Notes: generated by a model from the letters alone, not told the origin. 64,000 bases of DNA from Psychroflexus sp. (GCA_030457805.1 JAKDUG010000001.1:30487-94486), one strand, 5' to 3'; positions 29,719 to 39,227 are shown, numbered from the stretch's first letter. Numbers and translations: made by a program.

Positions 29719-32399
29719 TTGCAAGTCAAATTTATTATTGTGCTCTTTTTCATAAGCTTTAGTGTGAGTCAGGTTTCTAGTCAAAACATTAACCTGAAGG
29801 GCTCCATCAAAGATTCTTTAGGTCAGGTTTTGCCAAACACCAATGTTCTCGCAAAACCTCTTACAAATGCAGCAGATTTTCAATTTGCTATTTCGGGAAC
29901 AGAAGGAAAATACTCACTTAAATTACAAAAGTCGCACAGCTATGAACTGAGTGTAACGCATCTTGGCTTTAATAAAATTGTAGATACGATTAGCCTGGAA
30001 GATGATACACAACGCAACTTCACACTTCAAAATAGTACTGAGCAACTGGATGAAGTTATCATAGAAACCGAAATGGCTGTCATCGTTAAAGAAGATACGA
30101 TTACATATCGTACTGATCAATTTAAAACAGGAGAAGAACGTAAATTACGAGATGTCTTAAAAAAATTACCTGGCATGAAAGTCGATCGTGCGGGCAATGT
30201 CACTGTCAACGGCAAACCTGTGACTAAACTGATGGTTGATGGTAAAGCTTTCTTTACAGGAGATGAAAAGTTGGCCGTTAATAATATTCCTGCTGATGCG
30301 ATAGGTGAGGTTGAAGCTTTAGATAATTATAGCGAAATTGCATTTTTAAAAGGGCTTGAAGACTCTAATCGAATGGCCTTAAATATCAAACTAAAAGAAG
30401 GTAAAAAACGTTTTTTGTTTGGAGATGTTGCTGCTGCGGGAGGGATAAAAAATAGATATAAACTCAATCCAACTCTTTTTTATTATAGCCCTAAAACAGC
30501 TGTCAATATTATCGGAGATTTAAATAACACAGGACAAAAGTCATTTACTTTTAAAGATTATATTGATTTTGAAGGCGGCTATGACAAGGCAACAAACTCA
30601 AATAATTTAAATTTAGTAAGAGATAATTTTTCACAATTTTTAAGACAAGATGATTTCAAATTTCAAAAGAATCAGTTTCTGGCAGGAAGTATTAGCCAAG
30701 AGTTAATCCCTTACTTAGAGTTCAACGCCTATAGTATTGTCAACAAGTCTTTGACTAGACGTGGAAAATCAACAAATCTAGATTACTTAAGTGATGTTGA
30801 GAATCAGGAAACACGTATGAATAGGAATCGAGAAGAATCTAATTTCAGTATTTCAAAGTTGAAGTTAGAATACGACAACCTGAGTTCGGTCAACTATAAA
30901 GCCAATACAATTATCAAAACCAGTGATGCCAACACTATTGAAGGTTTACAATCTGAAACCAATAACCGAGAAAATCTCAATTTAAGAACACAACAAACCC
31001 GAATAACTTCAGCTTATCACAAGAAATCTCAGCCAATAAACAATTCTCTTATACACATATAACAAGCATTAACGCCAAGTATGAGTACAACGATCAATCT
31101 AACCAACAAGATTGGGTTTTTAACCAACCTATTTTTTCAGAACTTATTCCTTTGGTGACGACTGTGGAAGACTTCAACTTGATTCAAGAAAGTAAAGAAG
31201 AGAATCATTTATTTCAACTCAACGCAAAGCATTATTGGGTTGTCAATGATTTTAATCATCTTTATCCTATAGCTGGCTACAATTATTTCAATACAAACTA
31301 CAGCACTTTAGACGCGCAACGTTTAAGCGATGGCAGCTTCAATAATTTTAAAAATACTGGCTTTAATAATCAAATTAATTACCAGCTTAATGATACCTAT
31401 GCTGGGTTAGAGTATAAATTTAAAAGCGGTCGATTTACAGGTAAACCAGCGTTTAAAATTCATCATTACAACTGGAATATCAAACAGTTTAACACACAAA
31501 TAGCCGACAAGCAGAAGTTCGTATTTTTACCCGCTATAAACTTAGATTACAAAGAAAAATCTGGCGGAAAATACAGTTTAATCTACGCTTTGAAATCAAA
31601 TTTTGCAAATGCCCAACAATATGCAAATCGATTGCGGTTATTATCTTTTAATCGTATATCACGTGGTGATGAGAATTTAGAAAATCAACTTTATCACCAA
31701 TTAAGCTTGCGATATTCTAAGTTTAGACTCAGTAAAAAACTAACTTTCAATACGTTCTTGAGTTTAAATATACAAGAACGCTCAATTAGACACCAGACAA
31801 AACTAGAAGGCATCGACCAAATTCAAGAATTATTTTATACAAGTTTACCTGAAAGATTTTTGATTTCAAATACCATGGTGAGTAAAGGTTGGGGCGATTG
31901 GTATCTGAATCTGAAATTAACAGGAATTCAAAATAATTACACCCGAATGATTAATGATGTGAGGACAGATTACACGTCTCATAACGTAGAATACACAATT
32001 AATACAAGTACTCAATTTAAAGATTTTCCTAATATAGATATTGGCTTTTCACAAGAATTTAATCGTTTAAAAGCGCTTGATTATGAAACTAATATCATGC
32101 AAATACAACCCTTTGCAACCTTAGAATATGATTTTTGGGAAGATTTCTTAGTCAAGTTTGATTATCGGCTGACCTATTTTGAAAATCAAAGCAATCATAC
32201 AGTTAACCGATTTGACATAGGAAATGCCAGCTTCGAGTATTGGAATCCTGACAAGGCTTGGCGAATTTCAATTGAAGCAACTAATATTTTTGACACAGGT
32301 TTTAAAAAGAAAAGTCATATCAATGAGTTTGTCATTACTGACCAACGCAATGCGATACAACCTAGAATTGTCTTATTAAAATTAACTTATAAGTTGTAA
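29719..32399 (+). pseudogene. Frameshifted carboxypeptidase-regulatory-domain outer-membrane beta-barrel protein (two ORFs, 29719-31062 and 31152-32399)
   Basis: N-half has DTITY, LKKLPG, NNIPADAI, MALNIKLK. The second frame is open from 30966 (TNPNNFSLSQEIS...) and ends KLTYKL. One base added near 30985-31000 joins the two frames. Confidence 0.8.
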
Positions 32400-32446
32400 A
32401 CTGGCTTTAATATGAAAGTTTAAAGAAATCACTTCAAAAAATTCTC

Positions 32447-32479
32447 AAAAATCCTGATATCTCATCAGGATTTTTTTGT
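32447..32479 (+). repeat. 33-bp direct repeat, copy 2; terminator hairpin
   Basis: Identical to 28740-28772. Confidence 0.9.
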
Positions 32480-32492
32480 CGATATTTGTGTC

Positions 32493-33470
32493 ATGTTAAA
32501 AATTAAAAACCTCTCCTATTTACACACCAAAACTGAAGGTGTACGTGACATTAATTTCGAATTAAAGCCCGGACAATTTATCGCTATTATTGGCGAAAGT
32601 GGTTGTGGAAAAAGCACACTTCTCAAATCAATATATGGCCTTTACGATTTAAATGAAGGACAAATTTTTTGGAATTCTGAAGAAGTCAAAGGTCCAAAAC
32701 ACAATTTAGTGCCAGGTTATGAGCACTTCAAACACCTCTCTCAAGAATTTGATTTGATGCCTTACACAAGTGTTGAAGAAAATATAAAAAAACACTTATC
32801 ACGACAATTCCCTAAAGAAAGTCAGCAGAAAACTGATGAACTTTTAAGCCTTCTAGAATTAGAAGAATTGGCTGCGAAAAAAGTGAAAAATTTAAGTGGT
32901 GGCCAAAAACAACGCGTTGCCATTGGTCAAACTTTAGCTAAAAAACCTCAACTCATTTTGTTTGATGAGCCTTTCAGCCATATTGATCAGTTTAAAAAAC
33001 ACAAACTCAGGCGTGAAATTTTTGCTTACCTCAAGAAAGAGAAAATCAGCCTTGTTGTTGCCACACACGATATGGATGATGTTTTGGGCTTTGCAGATTC
33101 AATCCTGATTATCAAAGATGGCGAACAGCTCGATTATAGAGAAGCAAAATCTGTTTATAAAAATCCGAAAGATACGTATTGTGCCTCTCTTTTTGGGGAA
33201 GTTAATTTACTCGACATTCCTGAACTAGGAGGTTCCGAGCCGACTCAACAATATATTGTTTACCCTGAAGAACTCACATTGACAGATAAAGGGTCACAAG
33301 AAGCCGAAACTTTGCAGATTTACTTTAAAGGCCAATATTATTTGATTATTGCCCAATACCAGGATCAGAAAATCATCTTAAAATCAATAGAAAAACCGGC
33401 ACATCAAAAGTTCAGATTTGCATTTGAAATCAAAAAAATTAAAGCCCGACTTAATTATAAATCTGAATGA
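32493..33470 (+). CDS. Stand-alone ABC ATPase (FbpC/PotA-like)
   Basis: GESGCGKST, LSGGQ, LFDEPFS, H-loop THD; no adjacent permease. Confidence 0.88.
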   Translation: MLKIKNLSYLHTKTEGVRDINFELKPGQFIAIIGESGCGKSTLLKSIYGLYDLNEGQIFWNSEEVKGPKHNLVPGYEHFKHLSQEFDLMPYTSVEENIKKHLSRQFPKESQQKTDELLSLLELEELAAKKVKNLSGGQKQRVAIGQTLAKKPQLILFDEPFSHIDQFKKHKLRREIFAYLKKEKISLVVATHDMDDVLGFADSILIIKDGEQLDYREAKSVYKNPKDTYCASLFGEVNLLDIPELGGSEPTQQYIVYPEELTLTDKGSQEAETLQIYFKGQYYLIIAQYQDQKIILKSIEKPAHQKFRFAFEIKKIKARLNYKSE

Positions 33471-33885
33471 TATCACCTGATTTAACAACGCGATAAGGAT
33501 AAAGCTGATAAACCAGATCACTACCACTCATCGGCTGACCCGTCACAAGGCTGTAAACATTCAATTGTTCACACTCAGATTCTGCATTAAGGCCATCAAT
33601 TTGCAATCTTGCACAATCTTGATTTGGCAACAAATTGGGATCGGCTGCATCCCAGGCTAAAAAGTTATTTCCCGAATTGACCAAGATGATACCAAGATTA
33701 CCTTGGTTTGCAATATAAACGGCATTCCCAGGGAATTTAAGGTCATTAAATTGAGGTAAATTGAGGCTCACTTGAAGGTCAACGCCAATATCAACCAAAT
33801 TCGGGTTGTCTGAACGACGCTCATTAGAACTACAAGAAACAAAGATGACGAACAAACTCAATATCAGACAGGCTTTTCTAAACAT
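33451..33885 (-). CDS. Lipoprotein with a degenerate Rieske-like fold
   Basis: Lipobox VSC; AWDAADPN...C...SEC...YSLVTG...LYPYRV resembles the Rieske scaffold without the His ligands. Confidence 0.55.
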   Translation of the reverse strand: MFRKACLILSLFVIFVSCSSNERRSDNPNLVDIGVDLQVSLNLPQFNDLKFPGNAVYIANQGNLGIILVNSGNNFLAWDAADPNLLPNQDCARLQIDGLNAESECEQLNVYSLVTGQPMSGSDLVYQLYPYRVVKSGDIIQIYN

Positions 33886-33897
33886 AATTAAAAACTA

Positions 33898-33928
33898 TTG
33901 ATTTCATGCTGTAAAATTATTACATTTG
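33898..33928 (+). promoter_or_regulatory. greA promoter
   Basis: TTG (33898-33900), 20-nt spacer, TACATTTG (33921-33928). Confidence 0.7.
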
Positions 33929-33934
33929 TAACAC

Positions 33935-33964
33935 AGAATCTCGTAAAAACGGGATTCTTTTTTT
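33935..33964 (+). terminator. Terminator-like hairpin in the greA 5' leader
   Basis: AGAATCTCGT-AAAA-ACGGGATTCT plus 6 T; the G-U pair is valid only on the plus strand. Confidence 0.65.
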
Positions 33965-33983
33965 ATGATATAAATCTAAGATT

Positions 33984-34460
33984 ATGAGTAAAGTATCTTA
34001 TTATTCAGAAGAAGGTCTGAAAAAGCTAAAAGCTGAGTTAGACCAGTTAAGAGATGTCGAAAGGCCAAAAGCTTCACAAGCAATTGGCGAAGCACGTGAC
34101 AAGGGTGACTTGAGTGAAAATGCTGAATACGATGCTGCAAAAGAAGCACAAGGCATGCTTGAAATGAAAATTTCAAAATTAGAAGCGGTGGTTTCAAATG
34201 CGCGCGTTATTGATGAGTCACAACTTGATGTTTCTAAAGTTTTAATTCACTCCACAGTTAAATTAAAGAACACAAAAACAAAAAAGACGATGACTTATAA
34301 ATTAGTGGCACAAAGTGAAGCTGATTTAAAGTCGAATAAAATTTCTGTCGATTCCCCTATTGGCAAAGGTTTACTTGGAAAAGAAAAAGGCGAATTTGCT
34401 GAGATTAAAGTACCAAATGGTACACTTTCCTTTGAGGTTGTAGAAATATCACGTGACTAA
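33984..34460 (+). CDS. greA: Transcription elongation factor GreA
   Basis: GDLSENAEYDAAKE, ISVDSPIGKGLLG. Confidence 0.96.
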   Translation: MSKVSYYSEEGLKKLKAELDQLRDVERPKASQAIGEARDKGDLSENAEYDAAKEAQGMLEMKISKLEAVVSNARVIDESQLDVSKVLIHSTVKLKNTKTKKTMTYKLVAQSEADLKSNKISVDSPIGKGLLGKEKGEFAEIKVPNGTLSFEVVEISRD

Positions 34461-35206
34461 TTTAGTGTAAACCAACATCCTATATAAAAACATTCAATAG
34501 CTAAAGTGTCTGGCTTTTGCTGAAAAAATAGTGATCCAGTCGAGCGGACTTCACCTGTGGCTTTTTGCTGCACGTTTAATTGTGAGTCTCTGCTCGACCG
34601 GTAAAATATATCAGCTTTTTTAGCATCGAGATTTGTGCCATAAAAAGCACCAGATCCATCGTAAAAGCCCAATTGTAGCTTCTCTGTTTTCCCTGTGATA
34701 TAAAAATCTGAGATTCCTGAACTGACGATTCCTAAATCGGCAACATCAAGATCCATCTTAAAGTCGCCTGAATTTAAAGCATCATTGTCATTAAAGCTTT
34801 CAGATATCAAACGCATAAAAGGAAAGCTGAGCTGCCCAATACTGCTTATTGTATACTGACTTGAGTTGCGAATTTGCGCAATTGAAGTGACTGATAAAAC
34901 AATTTTTACTAAGGGTTTTGAATTTCCGAATGGACAGACATCATCTAGGCTCAACTCTAAAGTTCTGCCTGAGATATTGCGTTTTAGTTTCTCATAGGTT
35001 CTATCATTAGTGATCACTTTTATTTTATTTTCGGTTGATTGCTCTATTGAAACCTGAATATCTCGACGCACAATCAGGGTGTCGATCTCAGTGATATATT
35101 CCTCATAAACTTCTGTCAATTTAGAAGAATGCAAACAGTCTTTCGCCTCCTCTATTCCACAGGAAACAAATGCCATCACGCACAACAAAAGATATATTTT
35201 TCTCAT
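34457..35206 (-). CDS. DUF2807 / head GIN domain lipoprotein
   Basis: Lipobox VSC, beta-solenoid-like repeats (SSGISDFYITG, GSGAFYG). Confidence 0.72.
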   Translation of the reverse strand: MRKIYLLLCVMAFVSCGIEEAKDCLHSSKLTEVYEEYITEIDTLIVRRDIQVSIEQSTENKIKVITNDRTYEKLKRNISGRTLELSLDDVCPFGNSKPLVKIVLSVTSIAQIRNSSQYTISSIGQLSFPFMRLISESFNDNDALNSGDFKMDLDVADLGIVSSGISDFYITGKTEKLQLGFYDGSGAFYGTNLDAKKADIFYRSSRDSQLNVQQKATGEVRSTGSLFFQQKPDTLAIECFYIGCWFTLN

Positions 35207-36291
35207 ATTTTAAAACCTATTCCAAACTCGATTGCCTCTGCTTTTGCAAAATGTGTTTTCAACATTAAAGATCCAAAAAAGTGTTTCGAAAAATCATATT
35301 GCAAACCTATTCTCGTATAAAGTCGTTTGAGATAATTCACTGGGTAATAAACATAATAACCAATTTGTGTGGCGAAATTAAGTTCTCCCATATAGAAACG
35401 GTGGCCTGCAAAAAGGCCTATTCGCTTCCAATCATCATCCGCTGAGATGCCGTGATCTGGAAATGCAGCTTCTTGATATATATTGTGTTCTTTTGCCGCT
35501 TGACTTAAAAACAAATCGGCTCCAAATTGAATTGCATTTTTAAAGCTCAAAGGTTTCTCTGCCAAAGCCGTTGCCGTAAAAAATGGATATTTCTTAGCTT
35601 GTAACAAGCCCAAATCATTGAACCCAGAAGCCAAAATAAATTGATAATTCCACGGCTGGACTTCATATGCTGAAGGGCTTTCATCCTCTAATATCAACTT
35701 TTCGTTGGAGACATCATAACTAAAGCCTGCCCGCACGCCATAATTATTTGTTCCCGTATTTGGAGATTTCATTTTCCCATTTGAGTAATGCATCAAAAAT
35801 AGGCCAGCTTCAAAACGCAGGGGAAACTGTAAAATTTGTGGAGATTGATAAGTCAATTCAAATAAAATACTGGAAGTCAATCGTGATCCATAAGCCACAT
35901 TTTTCGGATTTTCAACTTTATCAAATGGATTCGTCACATAGCCTATACCCAAACCAACTTTGAGATTGAGTTGGCGTTCGAGCATATAAAATTTGTAATG
36001 CGGATGCAAACTGTAAATCTTGCCAAGCGCTTTTGCTCCCATATTCTGATAGACGAAAGTGACGCCAAAACTCGGGTAATTATAATCTTGATGCCATTCT
36101 TTTTCACCGCGACTCTGGTAATCGTAAGCCAATGAAAGACCATGTGTTGGCCCTTGAACAAGATGAGACATTTCTGGTTTGTGCCTGATGATTTTTCCGA
36201 AGAGATAATTTACATTAATGTGATCGAGCTTCACTTGCGCCTTTGTCGCACTAAGGCTAAAAAATAAGATTAGAATTAATATTTTTCTCAC
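35203..36291 (-). CDS. Acyloxyacyl hydrolase / PagL-like outer-membrane beta-barrel
   Basis: Signal peptide from GTG 36291, HYSNG (PagL-type HxSN) with PNTGTN, aromatic C-terminus. Confidence 0.72.
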   Translation of the reverse strand: MRKILILILFFSLSATKAQVKLDHINVNYLFGKIIRHKPEMSHLVQGPTHGLSLAYDYQSRGEKEWHQDYNYPSFGVTFVYQNMGAKALGKIYSLHPHYKFYMLERQLNLKVGLGIGYVTNPFDKVENPKNVAYGSRLTSSILFELTYQSPQILQFPLRFEAGLFLMHYSNGKMKSPNTGTNNYGVRAGFSYDVSNEKLILEDESPSAYEVQPWNYQFILASGFNDLGLLQAKKYPFFTATALAEKPLSFKNAIQFGADLFLSQAAKEHNIYQEAAFPDHGISADDDWKRIGLFAGHRFYMGELNFATQIGYYVYYPVNYLKRLYTRIGLQYDFSKHFFGSLMLKTHFAKAEAIEFGIGFKI

Positions 36292-36297
36292 GATCAC

Positions 36298-36335
36298 AAA
36301 AAAAAGCACAGTTGCCAAAACTATGCTTTTTTTTT
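36298..36335 (-). terminator. Terminator closing the rSAM/ABC cluster; overlaps the -7 box (TAGTTTTG) of the next gene
   Basis: Minus strand AAAAGCATAGTT-TTGGC-AACTGTGCTTTT plus U run; one G-U pair valid only on the minus strand. Confidence 0.7.
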
Positions 36336-36359
36336 AGAATTTTTATGATATTTTAAAAC

Positions 36360-37175
36360 CTAAACCTCTAAATCCGCAATAAGATCTTTAAATAGCTTAA
36401 TCATGTGAGGCTCAGCTTTGGCTGACATTTTTAAAATAGACTGTACATCAACTTGCGCTAAATGATCTGGATCACATTCATCAGTCAACACAGAAACAGC
36501 AATGACAGGAAGTTTTAAATGATTTGCAACAATGACTTCAGGCACTGTACTCATCCCAACTGCATCCGCCCCTATAATTTTCAAATAGCGATATTCAGCA
36601 CGTGTTTCAAGTTGAGGTCCCATCACAGAAGCATAAACACCTTTATGTAAAGTAATGTCATGGCGTTTGGCAATCGCTTCAAGCTTTTGACTCATTTTCT
36701 GATCATAAGGACAACTCATATCTACAAAACGTTCACCAGTTTTAGAGACACCTTTAAAAGCCAATGGCGATCCGCCAAGCAAATTTATATGATCATCAAT
36801 CAACATGATATCTCCTTTTTTGAAGTCTAAATTAATGGCGCCAGCTGCATTTGAAACCAATAGTTTTTTAATCCCCAAACGGTTCATGATCCGAACAGGA
36901 TAAGTCACATCTTGGAAATCATAACCTTCATAGAGGTGAAAACGCCCTTGCATGACAATGACTTTCTTCCCCTCTAACATTCCATAAATCAATTTCCCCT
37001 TGTGGAACTCGACTGTTGCCGTCGGGAAATGCGGAATATGGTTATAACTCACTTGCGCCAAAACCTCGACTTCTTCTGGAAGTTTACCTAAACCTGTTCC
37101 TAGAATAATGCCAACCTCAGGAGATTCAAATCCTTTCTCTCTTAAATAAGAGACTGTTTGTTCTACGTATGTCAT
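36360..37175 (-). CDS. punA: Purine-nucleoside phosphorylase (trimeric family)
   Basis: GIILGTGLG, QGRFHLYEG, VSNAAG, GPQLETRAE, GADAVGMSTVPE. Has TD where canonical PNP has TN. Confidence 0.9.
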   Translation of the reverse strand: MTYVEQTVSYLREKGFESPEVGIILGTGLGKLPEEVEVLAQVSYNHIPHFPTATVEFHKGKLIYGMLEGKKVIVMQGRFHLYEGYDFQDVTYPVRIMNRLGIKKLLVSNAAGAINLDFKKGDIMLIDDHINLLGGSPLAFKGVSKTGERFVDMSCPYDQKMSQKLEAIAKRHDITLHKGVYASVMGPQLETRAEYRYLKIIGADAVGMSTVPEVIVANHLKLPVIAVSVLTDECDPDHLAQVDVQSILKMSAKAEPHMIKLFKDLIADLEV

Positions 37176-37789
37176 TTGTGCTTTTTTAGTATTGTTTCAA
37201 AAATGGGGAGACCTTGAATATCTTCATAATAATCAACATCATTTCTCCGCTCTAAAATACTGATTTTTTCGGTTTTTAAGGCATGAATTGTCTCCATAAA
37301 AACGCTTGATGTGCTCCAAGCTTTCAATTGAAAAGCCGCTTTTTTTAATGTTTTCATGCCGAGCAAATAATAACCACCATCAGTAGCCGGGCCAATCACA
37401 AGATCGTGCGTGTTCAGTTTGTCAAAAGCCTCTTGAATGACACCTGCATCCAAATCATGAATATCGGTGCCAACAATAACGACTTTCTGAGCTCCAGCGG
37501 CAAAAGCAGAAGCAAAAGCATCTTGCATTTTCTGACCTAAATTCCCTTGCACTTGTTGTTTCTTCTCAAAAAAATCAGAAGACCACATATCATTTTGCCT
37601 CACTTCATCGGCATACCAAACTTGTCGAATGCTTTTGACATTTTTGACAACTTCTGCTGTGCGTTCTACTAAATACTTATAAATCTCTAGAGCCGCAGCA
37701 TCACCAACAGTTTTGGCCAAACGCGTTTTGCATTTCCCGAGTTCTGGATGTCGCGCAAAAATGAGCAATACGTTTTTCTCTTTAGTCAT
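37172..37789 (-). CDS. TIGR04282-family (arsenosugar/rSAM-associated) GT-A/CofC-like transferase
   Basis: IFARHPELGKCKTRLA, QGNLGQKM, IVGTDI, IGPATDGGYYLLG, WST, DVD. ATG 37789 preferred. Confidence 0.85.
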   Translation of the reverse strand: MTKEKNVLLIFARHPELGKCKTRLAKTVGDAAALEIYKYLVERTAEVVKNVKSIRQVWYADEVRQNDMWSSDFFEKKQQVQGNLGQKMQDAFASAFAAGAQKVVIVGTDIHDLDAGVIQEAFDKLNTHDLVIGPATDGGYYLLGMKTLKKAAFQLKAWSTSSVFMETIHALKTEKISILERRNDVDYYEDIQGLPIFETILKKHK

Positions 37790-38243
37790 AGACAGCTTCG
37801 GTTGTTGTGAGAAATTGCCCCCAATGGGAATTGTAAGCATGAACCTTCTGAGTAGGCAAACCAGACTTATTCACAAGTTGAAAACCCTGATCGGCCCATT
37901 GAAAAATGCCTCCGTAAAGATTTTTGAGTTGGCTATATCCAACTTTTTCAAGTTGATTCCCTATCCTTTCCGAACGCATCCCAAGTGAACAATAAAGAAC
38001 GAACTCGGTTCTTTTGGGAAAACGAATAATCAACTGCTGGATATCGAAGTTTTCAAAACCCACCCAAATAGCATTGGGTAAATGGCTGACGTCAAACTCA
38101 TTTTTCTCACGTGTATCTAAAAGAATGAAGTCGCTGTTTTGCGAGAGTTGCTTCTGCAAATCTTGAACAGAAAGATATGGGATTGAAGCTTTATTCTTTT
38201 GATCCAACAAATCCTTGATGGCTTGCAAATTAGATTTCGACAT
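37782..38243 (-). CDS. Single-domain rhodanese
   Basis: LLDTRE, EFDVSHLPNA, active-site loop YCSLGMRS, LYGGIFQW. Confidence 0.88.
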   Translation of the reverse strand: MSKSNLQAIKDLLDQKNKASIPYLSVQDLQKQLSQNSDFILLDTREKNEFDVSHLPNAIWVGFENFDIQQLIIRFPKRTEFVLYCSLGMRSERIGNQLEKVGYSQLKNLYGGIFQWADQGFQLVNKSGLPTQKVHAYNSHWGQFLTTTEAVYD

Positions 38244-38254
38244 GTGACAAAGAT

Positions 38255-39223
38255 TTAATGTGAAAGCTTTTGATGAGATTGATCTGTAGCCAGCACACCT
38301 TTTTTATCAAAAATAGCCTCTTTGTGGCATTTCATAAATTCATCGCAATACAAACATATATTTTTCAGATCAGCATTTTCAGCTTTGGCTTGCTCCTCAG
38401 AAACTCCTAAATGTTTTCCCATTTCCAAAGGCTTTCCTTCGTTGAGCATGCGGAAAACTAAATTTTCAGAAGCCCGCTCAAGCACATCGGCTACTTTTTC
38501 TTTCCGGGCATCTCCCATCGGGAAATGTGTACCAGGGCAACACGGATTGATGCGCCACAACTGGATACTGAATTCATTTGGAATGTCGCTATAACCGCCT
38601 AAAAAATTACGCGCACCAGAGAGGATATTACAAAAATTATGTTTGGGATCTTCCTTGTAAATATTATTTTTGAGCGCCTTGCCTCTCGCCCAATTCCCAC
38701 CGAGCCACATCTCTTCATTAGCGCCCCAAGATCCCCAACTCAAAGGATTTTCAGCAAGGTAATGTCCGCCTTCAATCAGTGGATCTTTTTCAGTCCCATT
38801 GACATCACAACTTTCAAAAATAGTAGCCAATTCATCGAGACGACTGCCTGCCTTTTTGTGATAGCGATCAATACTGGCAATATCAAAACGCCTCACTCCT
38901 TTTTCAATCAAGATTTGTAGTTTTTCTTTTGTGAGTAAATCGCCATTTGTCTGCAACATCACCTGCGTTTCCTCACCGTATTTTTCTTTAATTTTGTCTA
39001 AAATTGTGTAGAGTAATTTTAATTCTGAAAGCGGTTCGCCACCACTCAAAATCAAACGCTCAACGCGATCAGGCATATGATCGATAATAGCTAGACAATC
39101 CTGTTCGGAAATTCGTGCACCAAAAGGACTGGAATCATTATAGCAATGATCACAATCATCATTGCACAATTGTGTAAAAACCCAATAAAGAGACTCAACG
39201 TGATTAAAATCTTTTTTCATCAT
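38255..39223 (-). CDS. Radical SAM enzyme with a Cys-rich SPASM/twitch-like C-terminus, not ArsS
   Basis: CNDDCDHC (CxxxCxxC), LSGGEP, LQTNG, then C...CC...CLYC. ATG 39223 or 39220. Confidence 0.88.
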   Translation of the reverse strand: MMKKDFNHVESLYWVFTQLCNDDCDHCYNDSSPFGARISEQDCLAIIDHMPDRVERLILSGGEPLSELKLLYTILDKIKEKYGEETQVMLQTNGDLLTKEKLQILIEKGVRRFDIASIDRYHKKAGSRLDELATIFESCDVNGTEKDPLIEGGHYLAENPLSWGSWGANEEMWLGGNWARGKALKNNIYKEDPKHNFCNILSGARNFLGGYSDIPNEFSIQLWRINPCCPGTHFPMGDARKEKVADVLERASENLVFRMLNEGKPLEMGKHLGVSEEQAKAENADLKNICLYCDEFMKCHKEAIFDKKGVLATDQSHQKLSH

Positions 39224-39227
39224 TTGT

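Noticed and set aside
37790-37840. Longer start for the TIGR04282 gene, and similarly extended starts at 14586, 14965, 24199, 26090, 36318, 39262, 40763, 44098
   Set aside because: They overlap neighbouring genes or promoter boxes. Downstream ATG/GTG starts give coupled overlaps or proper signal peptides.
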